Shown piece by piece: positions 28,151-35,497 of a stretch of 39,588 bases of DNA. The position numbers and the translations under genes were made by a program. The notes below the pieces were generated by a model that worked only from the letters and a program-made list of their open reading frames with translations, ran no database searches and was not told where the DNA came from. The DNA is taken from sequence record SRR31156797_6670, one strand, 5' to 3'. The first letter of the stretch is position 1. Each line of letters opens with the position of its first letter.

Positions 28151-28191
28151 TGGGGCGTGAAACAAGGATTGAGACCCGGTACCTCGACCTT
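28151..28191 (-). pseudogene. Degenerate 3' half of a tRNA-Gly (att-site-like scar)
   Basis: Minus strand AAGGTCGAGGTACCGGGTCTCAATCCTTGTTTCACGCCCCA resembles a generic tRNA-Gly(GCC) 3' half (AAGGTCGAGGTCGCGGGTTCAAATCCCGTTTCCCGCTCCA, recalled from memory). It ends in CCA and no 5' half is present. Confidence 0.6.
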
Positions 28192-28260
28192 CATGCTTAT
28201 TAAAAATCACATTCCATAGTTCATTCTCTTTTTATTGGGTAGGGTCCAAGCAAAGCATAT

Positions 28261-31200
28261 ATGAAAAGAAAACATTCTTTTAAAATTAGAACCAAGCTGA
28301 TCTTAATTTTCATTCTCATTAAAGTCCTCCCCCTTTTAGCCCTGGCTTGGTTTGCATGGCACCAAATTGCGGAATTAGTCGAAAAAATTGAGATCTCTTT
28401 TGAGACTGCAACCCTGGAAAGCCAAGAAATGGGGAAAGAAGTTGTTCAGTTAGCAACCAAAGACTCCATCCGCGCCCTTGATGAAAAATCCCGAGAAGCA
28501 ATTGAAAGGCTGACAGTGGACACGGCTAACAATGTAGCCAGATTTCTATACGAACGTGACCGTGATATCCAACAGGCAGCCCTTTTTGAACCATCCGAGG
28601 CAAGCTACCGTGATTTCCTCGCTTCCAAATTCAGCCCGATCATTGAACATGATCCTCTTTTCATGGACAAGGACGGAAAACGTTGGGAAATATCACAAAA
28701 GACTCAAAATCCATTTGAGGTGGTCAAGTCGAGCAACAAGAACAATGAAAACGATTTTCACTCTCGTCCTCCTGAAAGCAGTGGATCGGCCATCGATCGT
28801 CCGTTGTATTTAGAAATGACTTTCATCGACCTTACAGGTGAAGAAAAATTTAAGATTACAACTTCAAATCTCCTCCCTTCTGACCTGCGAGATGTCTCTC
28901 GTAAAAAGAATACTTTTTGCAAGGCGGAGACCTATTTTAAACACCTCAAGGATCTTCAACCAGGAGAAATATTTGTTTCTGAGGTCATCGGTGCCTACCA
29001 AAAAACTGACATGATAGGAACGTACTCCAAAACAAGAGCAAAAAAAGCAGGCATTGATTTTGCCCCTCAAAATTCCGCATATGCCGGTAAAGAAAACCCT
29101 GTGGGTAAACGGTTCCAGGGTCTGGTTCGCTGGGCAGCTCCTGTTGAACGCAATGGACATGTTATTGGTTTTGTCACTCTTGCCCTTGATCATACCCACA
29201 TCATGGAATTTACAGATCATATCGTTCCGACCGAAGAGCGTTACTCTGCGGTCTCAGATGCAGGGACAGGCAATTACGCCTTTATGTGGGACTATCGAAG
29301 TCGTAACATTTCTCACCCAAGAGACTATTTTATCACCGGATATAATCCAGAGACCGGTGCCCCTGCCCTCCCTTGGCTGGAAGCAAAACATTACCAACAA
29401 TGGGAAGCGCATAATCGAGATTCCGGTGACTTTCTAGACACTCTTCCACTTTATGAAAATCAATCTCTTGAAAAAAAACCTGCACCTGAACAAACACGTT
29501 CAGGCTATGTTGGCCTCGACTGCAGATACTTGAACTTCGCCCCTCAATGTGATGGGTGGATGGACCTCACCCAGCACGGGGGTTCCGGCTCCTTCCTTAT
29601 TTTCTGGAGCGGAATTTGGAAACTTACCACAGCTGCGGCTATCCCATACTTTACTGGCCAATATGCTAATAGTCCCAGGGGGTTCGGATTTGTCACCATC
29701 GGCGCAAACGTACATGAATTTCACAAAGCAGCGCTTGCAACAGCAACGCATATCAAAAGCATTGGTGCAGATCATATCACAACTCTTGACCAACAGTTTC
29801 AACGGAATCAAAATTTCCTCAAACAATCATTAAAAGAGACTACTACAAATTTAACTATCTCCACTCTGATAATGATTTTTTTCATTATCATCATAGCCAT
29901 CTGGATGGCTTCCATATTGACAAAGAGAATAACAAAAATCATTACAAGTATTGGTCGATTTCAGCAAAACGACATGACTCAACGTCTCCAGATTCATTCT
30001 GGTGATGAATTGGAAGATCTAGCGCTGACCTTCAATTCTATGGCTGACAGCATACAACAATCAATGATTGATATACGGGTTGCTCATGAGCAGTCCGAAA
30101 AAGCCAACCAACAACTTCTTGAAGAAATTGCGATTCGGAAAAATGCAGAAAAAGAGCTAGCACTGAACCGCGATAGCCTTGAGCGAATGGTCTCTGAACG
30201 TACTCGCGAGCTGGAACAAGAAATCTATGAACGCAAACAGGCAGAAAAGATAAAAATTGACTTGGAAACACGGCTTCATCGGGCAGAGAAAATGGAGGCG
30301 ATAGGGACACTGGCAGGCGGCGTCGCTCACGATTTAAATAATATTCTATCTGGGATTTTAACCTATCCCGAACTTCTCCTTCTTCAACTCAAAGAAGGAG
30401 ATCCAATGTATCGACCGTTACAGACCATCCAATCCTCTGGAGAAAAGGCTGCTGCTATCGTCAATGACTTACTGACGCTTGCCAGAAGAGGTGTATCGAT
30501 AACAAAGACTTTAAATTTAAATGACATTGTCTCCGATTATCTTTCTAGTCCAGAATACAACCAACTGTTATCTCATCATCCCAGCATACAGGTAAAAATC
30601 GATCTTGCAAAAAACCTGATGCACCTCCAAGGCTCTAAATTACATCTCTCACAAACGTTGATGAACCTGGTCAGTAATGGCATCGAATCCATGACGAATG
30701 AGGGACAGTTGACGATTCAAACAGAAAACCGCTATCTGGATAAACCCTTAAAATTATACGACAATGTGATTGAAGGAGAGTATGTCACCTTAATTATAAA
30801 AGATGAGGGTTCCGGCATTAAGGAACAAGATCTGAATCGAATATTTGAGCCCTTTTATACCAAGAAAACAATGGGCCGGAGTGGTACCGGCCTTGGGATG
30901 GCTGTAGTTTGGGGAGCTATCCAGGATCACTATGGATATATCGACTGTCAAAGTGTAGTTGGTCAGGGAACGGTATTTACACTCTATTTCCCAGTATGCC
31001 GCAACGCCCTCACAAACGAATCTTCAGCCCCTGTATTCTGCGAGTTAAAAGGTAACAGTGAGACAATCCTTGTTGTCGACGACGTTAAGGAACAGTTAGA
31101 AATAGCCTCCTTGATCCTTACCAAATTGAATTATACCGTACACACCGTTTCAAGTGGTGAAGAAGCCTTGTCTTATCTTGAGGATAATGCTGTAGACCTG

Positions 31201-31422
31201 GTCATCTTGGACATGATCATGGAACCTGGGATTGATGGACTGGAAACCTATCAGGCAATTATTAACAAATGGCCTGATCAAAAGGCCATCATTGCCAGCG
31301 GGTTTTCTGAAATAGGAAGATTAACCCAAGCATTGCAGCATGGTGTAAAATCGCATCTTAAAAAGCCCTATTCTATTAATAACCTGGGGCAACACGTTAT
31401 AAAAGGGCTCAGCAGCAACTAG
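28261..31422 (+). CDS. Hybrid sensor histidine kinase (periplasmic sensor, HAMP, HisKA, HATPase, REC)
   Basis: Two TM helices around an approximately 500-aa periplasmic region, HAMP (DELEDLALTFNSMA), GTLAGGVAHDLNNIL, MNLVSNG, DEGSGI, FEPFYTKK, GTGLGM, REC VVDD...LDMIM...KP. Confidence 0.94.
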   Translation: MKRKHSFKIRTKLILIFILIKVLPLLALAWFAWHQIAELVEKIEISFETATLESQEMGKEVVQLATKDSIRALDEKSREAIERLTVDTANNVARFLYERDRDIQQAALFEPSEASYRDFLASKFSPIIEHDPLFMDKDGKRWEISQKTQNPFEVVKSSNKNNENDFHSRPPESSGSAIDRPLYLEMTFIDLTGEEKFKITTSNLLPSDLRDVSRKKNTFCKAETYFKHLKDLQPGEIFVSEVIGAYQKTDMIGTYSKTRAKKAGIDFAPQNSAYAGKENPVGKRFQGLVRWAAPVERNGHVIGFVTLALDHTHIMEFTDHIVPTEERYSAVSDAGTGNYAFMWDYRSRNISHPRDYFITGYNPETGAPALPWLEAKHYQQWEAHNRDSGDFLDTLPLYENQSLEKKPAPEQTRSGYVGLDCRYLNFAPQCDGWMDLTQHGGSGSFLIFWSGIWKLTTAAAIPYFTGQYANSPRGFGFVTIGANVHEFHKAALATATHIKSIGADHITTLDQQFQRNQNFLKQSLKETTTNLTISTLIMIFFIIIIAIWMASILTKRITKIITSIGRFQQNDMTQRLQIHSGDELEDLALTFNSMADSIQQSMIDIRVAHEQSEKANQQLLEEIAIRKNAEKELALNRDSLERMVSERTRELEQEIYERKQAEKIKIDLETRLHRAEKMEAIGTLAGGVAHDLNNILSGILTYPELLLLQLKEGDPMYRPLQTIQSSGEKAAAIVNDLLTLARRGVSITKTLNLNDIVSDYLSSPEYNQLLSHHPSIQVKIDLAKNLMHLQGSKLHLSQTLMNLVSNGIESMTNEGQLTIQTENRYLDKPLKLYDNVIEGEYVTLIIKDEGSGIKEQDLNRIFEPFYTKKTMGRSGTGLGMAVVWGAIQDHYGYIDCQSVVGQGTVFTLYFPVCRNALTNESSAPVFCELKGNSETILVVDDVKEQLEIASLILTKLNYTVHTVSSGEEALSYLEDNAVDLVILDMIMEPGIDGLETYQAIINKWPDQKAIIASGFSEIGRLTQALQHGVKSHLKKPYSINNLGQHVIKGLSSN

Positions 31423-31483
31423 AATGTAGAAACAAAAGGACTCTTTCACGAGGTGGGTGAGTTTGATTACAATTTTCCGGGTT

Positions 31484-31537
31484 GCTCTCATTCCCTGTTG
31501 TTCGTTCAGTTCTGGACGAACAACAGGCAATGAGAGC
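31484..31537. repeat. Long near-perfect palindrome between convergent genes (REP-like or terminator)
   Basis: GCTCTCATTCCCTGTTGTTCGTTCAG-TT-CTGGACGAACAACAGGCAATGAGAGC: 26-nt arms with one mismatch and one U-G pair; no U-tract. Confidence 0.75.
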
Positions 31538-31624
31538 TCGGTTGAGGGCTTCCAGAAACCCCTGTGAGAATTTTCGCCCTCGTTATAATGACACCCTATT
31601 TTGCCCAGCAGTCTTTTCTGATCA

Positions 31625-33577
31625 TTACCTCTCACACAACCAATAAAAACTATATCCCGAAAGAACGAGACTCTTTTCAAAAATATCGGGACGCTCTCCG
31701 CTGTACAAATCAACCAGCCGCCTGTATTGCGTTCCCCAACTGCCGAGTTCTTCCAAATTAAGAGACTGTGGTTTATTACTGAAATTAGCCACCACCAAGA
31801 CTTGCTCACTCGGTTTTTGCAGATGATATCTGCCAAATACGAAAAGGTGCGGATTATCGATTTCAATGAGCTCACGATTATTAAAATCAGCGAAAACATC
31901 CATTTCTTTTCGGACCGCAATCATCCTTTTTAGCGCACTGAATAGTTCATACTCAACCGCTCCAGGCACATTCCTACAGTCTGCTTTATCCCAGTCAATT
32001 GAGGGTCGATGTACCCAGCGGGTGTCCCCTTTTTTGTAGGGGTCCTTTCGGTAGGTATCGTCGTTGAGCGTGCCGATTTCATCGCCATAATAAAGCAGTG
32101 GGATACCGCCAAACGACATAATCATGCCGTGCAGCAGCAGAATCAGCTTGATCGAATCACCGATCATTTCGTTGTTTCCGGTTTCAAGTGCGTACTCCAG
32201 TCCAACCAAGGACGAAAGAGAACCGGAAATACGGGTGTCACCAGTCTTGGCATTTTGCCCGAATGGTAACCCACGCGCGTGAGAGTCGTTGAATTTCCCC
32301 GTGAAATAATCGACTAAAAATTTCCGGTGCCGAGCCGGTTCGTACTCGCAAAGCAGGATGTCCCTGTCGTCAAATCCCAACCCGATATCATCGTGACAGC
32401 GGATGTAATTCAACCACGTAGCCCTATCCAGTTTAACCGGCAGATTCTTGATCCCCTGGTTCAGCAGGCGAGCGTTTTTTGTCGCAACAGCATCCCATAA
32501 CAGGGCCATGAAGGTTGCATTATAGGCAATCTCACATTCCTTGGCGATAACAGCATCTTCTCCAAAATACTTGATCACCTCCACTGGTGCGACAATCGCC
32601 TCTGCAATAAAGACCACTCCAGGCGCGGTGACCTGACAACAGTCTTTCAAAAGCTGCAGGATCAAATGAGCTTCACGCTCATTCTGACAAGTACTGCCTA
32701 TTTTTTTCCATAAAAATGCCACAGCATCCAACCGCAGGATATCAGCCCCCTGGTTGGCCCAAAAAAGGATAATGTTAAGCATCTCAATAAAAACGGCCGG
32801 GTTGCTATAGTTGAGATCCCACTGAAAATCGTTAAAAACGGTCATCACCCAGCGTTCCATCTCTTCATCCCAGGTAAAATTCCCAGGTGAGGTTTCCGGA
32901 AAAATTTCAGGCATGCTTTGCTCGAACATATCAGGGACATTACGACTTTTAAAAATATAGTAATAGTCCTGATATTTTTTATCCCCAGCCCTGGCACATG
33001 TCGCCCAGTAGTGTTTGTTAGAGGTATGGTTGACGACTACATCGAGTACAAGCAGAATGTCACGCTCTTTCATTTCTGCGGCAAGCTCTCTAACATCCTC
33101 CAGTGTACCGACTTCCGGATTAATCTCACGAAAATCGCTGACCGCATACCCACCGTCACTGCTCCCTTCCGGACAAAGCATAATTGGCATCACATGCACC
33201 ATATTGACGCCCAGTTCCAGGAAATAATGGAGGCGCTCCTGCAAGCCATTCAGGCTGCCTGCAAACCCCTTACAGTACAGAGCCATCCCAACCCATTGCT
33301 GACTGAGAAACCAGTTGTAATCCTTTTCCCTGGCCAAGTCGAGTTGGCGCAACATTTCCGGACGCCGGATATATTGTGTAGCCATGGTTTCGACCAGCCT
33401 CAGAGCCTGCTCGGCAAAATCATCACGGTCGCCGTAAAGGCGCTGAAACAGCGAGTGGATTGCGTAAAAGTTTGCCCCCAGACGGGTATAAAAATGTCTC
33501 AGATCCTGTTCGGAGATTTCCGGCTTAATGCGGTTAAGAATATCATTAAGAAGCGTATGGGATATCTGTTCGTACAC
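31625..33577 (-). CDS. ams: Amylosucrase / sucrose hydrolase (GH13 subfamily 4)
   Basis: DGGYAVSDF, VNHTS, nucleophile LRLDAVAFLWK, acid/base AEAIVAP, YIRCHDDIG, GDTRISG, DTRWVHRP; no signal peptide; GTG start. Confidence 0.88.
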   Translation of the reverse strand: MYEQISHTLLNDILNRIKPEISEQDLRHFYTRLGANFYAIHSLFQRLYGDRDDFAEQALRLVETMATQYIRRPEMLRQLDLAREKDYNWFLSQQWVGMALYCKGFAGSLNGLQERLHYFLELGVNMVHVMPIMLCPEGSSDGGYAVSDFREINPEVGTLEDVRELAAEMKERDILLVLDVVVNHTSNKHYWATCARAGDKKYQDYYYIFKSRNVPDMFEQSMPEIFPETSPGNFTWDEEMERWVMTVFNDFQWDLNYSNPAVFIEMLNIILFWANQGADILRLDAVAFLWKKIGSTCQNEREAHLILQLLKDCCQVTAPGVVFIAEAIVAPVEVIKYFGEDAVIAKECEIAYNATFMALLWDAVATKNARLLNQGIKNLPVKLDRATWLNYIRCHDDIGLGFDDRDILLCEYEPARHRKFLVDYFTGKFNDSHARGLPFGQNAKTGDTRISGSLSSLVGLEYALETGNNEMIGDSIKLILLLHGMIMSFGGIPLLYYGDEIGTLNDDTYRKDPYKKGDTRWVHRPSIDWDKADCRNVPGAVEYELFSALKRMIAVRKEMDVFADFNNRELIEIDNPHLFVFGRYHLQKPSEQVLVVANFSNKPQSLNLEELGSWGTQYRRLVDLYSGERPDIFEKSLVLSGYSFYWLCER

Positions 33578-33621
33578 AAGCTGCCTATAAGGTTAGTTGT
33601 TTATACAATTGTACTCAATTC

Positions 33622-34518
33622 TCAGTCACAACAGTTGAGAGAAGAGACAAACTCCTTATAAAAGAAAGAATCAGTTGTGATTGCACCTCGTAAGCTGATG
33701 ACTTTGCCTGCGAACCGCTGCGCGTGGTGTAGTGCGTCGACAACCGGCCATCCGGCTAATAGCCCATGAATATACACTGCGCTGAAAGCGTCGCCTGCAC
33801 CCACAGTATCAACGAGGCGATCGACTTTCTGCGGAAGTGACGAATAAAATTCGCCAATGGCAGTTCTGATAAGGGTGTCTTTTCCCCCGCGCGTGACTAT
33901 CACCTGTTCCAATCCGCAGCTCACCTGCAGTTCTGCCATCTGTTGCCGGATATCTGTTGTCGGCTCTGCGAGTAACCGCAGCTCCTCTTCATTCATTTTC
34001 GCCCAAGTGGCATTTTTTAGGCAACCAAAGACCTCATCTCGCTGCCACCAGGGTTTCCGGAGATTTACATCCAGAAAAATACGTAAACTATCATTGCGGG
34101 TGATCTCCACAAACGAATGCCGGGCAGACTTACTTCGTAAGCCAAGGGTCCCATGATAGAGAATCCCACCAGTGGCTGATGCCAGCGATGTATCTGCAGA
34201 GATAAAATCATATGCACTGTCTGCGATAATATCGTAGCGTGGTTCACCTTCATTAATCATCACCTCAACTCTACCGGTCGGGTGATCTGCATCAACCTGA
34301 ACCGCTTCGGTGTTCATTCCCCAGTTGCGCATCTCCTGTAAAATAACCTTGCCGCGATCATCATTTCCGACCCGAGAAATAAACAGGGGGTGATCACCAA
34401 GCGCCTGCAGATGCCAGGCAACATTGAACGGGGCACCACCGAGGACCTGTTCACCTGTTGGAAAACAATCAAAGAGGACTTCACCAAAAACAGAGACTTC
34501 AGTTTGTTTCTTCATCAT
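33622..34518 (-). CDS. PfkB-family carbohydrate kinase, probable fructokinase
   Basis: FGEVLFD, GGAPFNVA, ISRVGND..G, LDVNLR, KMNEEEL, VDTVGAGDAF; sucrose-cluster context. Confidence 0.9.
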   Translation of the reverse strand: MMKKQTEVSVFGEVLFDCFPTGEQVLGGAPFNVAWHLQALGDHPLFISRVGNDDRGKVILQEMRNWGMNTEAVQVDADHPTGRVEVMINEGEPRYDIIADSAYDFISADTSLASATGGILYHGTLGLRSKSARHSFVEITRNDSLRIFLDVNLRKPWWQRDEVFGCLKNATWAKMNEEELRLLAEPTTDIRQQMAELQVSCGLEQVIVTRGGKDTLIRTAIGEFYSSLPQKVDRLVDTVGAGDAFSAVYIHGLLAGWPVVDALHHAQRFAGKVISLRGAITTDSFFYKEFVSSLNCCD

Positions 34519-34650
34519 AACTACTCACAGGTTTTGTAACGCCATGATTCCCCTCATTTATGAAATGTAACTGCTCTCTGGCGCGCTATATTGGGACAAG
34601 CGTTATTTACCGCAGGTAAGCCAAGGCTCTGTGGGCACCTATGAGTAGTT
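34519..34650. repeat. 132-bp intergenic element bounded by a 13-bp inverted repeat related to the 125-bp repeat termini
   Basis: AACTACTCACAGG (34519-34531) / CCTATGAGTAGTT (34638-34650), 12/13 complementary; a further terminus-like GTAACTGCTC at 34567. Confidence 0.6.
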
Positions 34651-34657
34651 GCATTCA

Positions 34658-35497
34658 TCATACTTTCAGCAATGCTCCTATCTTGGGCGCAAAAAACTCG
34701 ACGCCTTGGACGACCCCAGCTGCGTAATTGCCTCCCAAAGGGAAGCTTTCCTGTCGAGCCAGGTAGAGTGATTTTTCACAGCCGTTCTGTTTAGCCAGCT
34801 CCATCGACTGTTGTTTGACCTCCGGGGCAGCGTTGGCCACAAGAACCGAAGGAATAGAGCTGATCAGTACCGGCAAGTCGTTCCCACTGTCCCCGGCAAA
34901 GATAATCTCTTGTAGATCATACCCCAATTGCTGCTGCAAAAATTCGATACCGTGCAGTTTTGTTGCGTTACGCGGCAAAACATCCAGCAGACCGACGTGT
35001 TCCGGCTCGTCAACACTCCATATCAAACTGGCATTAACATCCAGCTGTTGCAACTGCTGCTTAACCCGTATGAGAATATTGTCCAGGTCTGCGTTCAACG
35101 GCAGGTAATAGCTTAACTTATAATCATTTTGCTTACTCTTTTCCTGCATAGTCAGCTCTGAGAACCTGGCAAGCGCCTTCTGCAATTGATCATGGGTTTT
35201 GCCCTGCCAGTCTGCTGCAATCTGTGTTTGCCAGGTGCGCATTTCCGTCCATTGCCCCTGACCTCGCCTATAAATTTTTGTGCCAACATCAGTAATGGCA
35301 TAATCTGGCTTTGGTAAATCGTAATCAGCAATTGCCTGATTGACTAATTGCAGATGCCGCCCAGTAACGTACACCAGCTTGACTTGAGGCAATCTGCAGA
35401 GTTGGTGGAAACGTTCTTTGGCATTCGGGTGCTCTGGCTGACGACCGTTGGGAATAATGGTTCGGTCCATGTCTGTGCAAAGGAGCAATCTATTCAT
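34658..35497 (-). CDS. spp: HAD-IIB hydrolase, probable sucrose-phosphate phosphatase
   Basis: Intact HAD motifs CTDMDRT, YVTGR, ATKLHG, AGDSGND. The true start is one of the ATGs at 35503/35500/35497, overlapping the sps stop; the ORF-track start at 35656 lies inside sps. Confidence 0.85.
   Translation of the reverse strand: MNRLLLCTDMDRTIIPNGRQPEHPNAKERFHQLCRLPQVKLVYVTGRHLQLVNQAIADYDLPKPDYAITDVGTKIYRRGQGQWTEMRTWQTQIAADWQGKTHDQLQKALARFSELTMQEKSKQNDYKLSYYLPLNADLDNILIRVKQQLQQLDVNASLIWSVDEPEHVGLLDVLPRNATKLHGIEFLQQQLGYDLQEIIFAGDSGNDLPVLISSIPSVLVANAAPEVKQQSMELAKQNGCEKSLYLARQESFPLGGNYAAGVVQGVEFFAPKIGALLKV

Noticed and set aside
28151-28230. Functional tRNA gene at the tRNA-like segment
   Set aside because: No D-arm, anticodon or 5' acceptor strand, and the TTC loop is corrupted; reported only as a fragment.
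31938-31947. CTGAATAGTT matching the repeat terminus
   Set aside because: It lies within the intact amylosucrase frame with no partner end; a chance match.
31321-33661. ORFs 31321..31920 (-) and 32918..33661 (+)
   Set aside because: They overlap well-supported kinase and amylosucrase genes in other frames and have no motifs.
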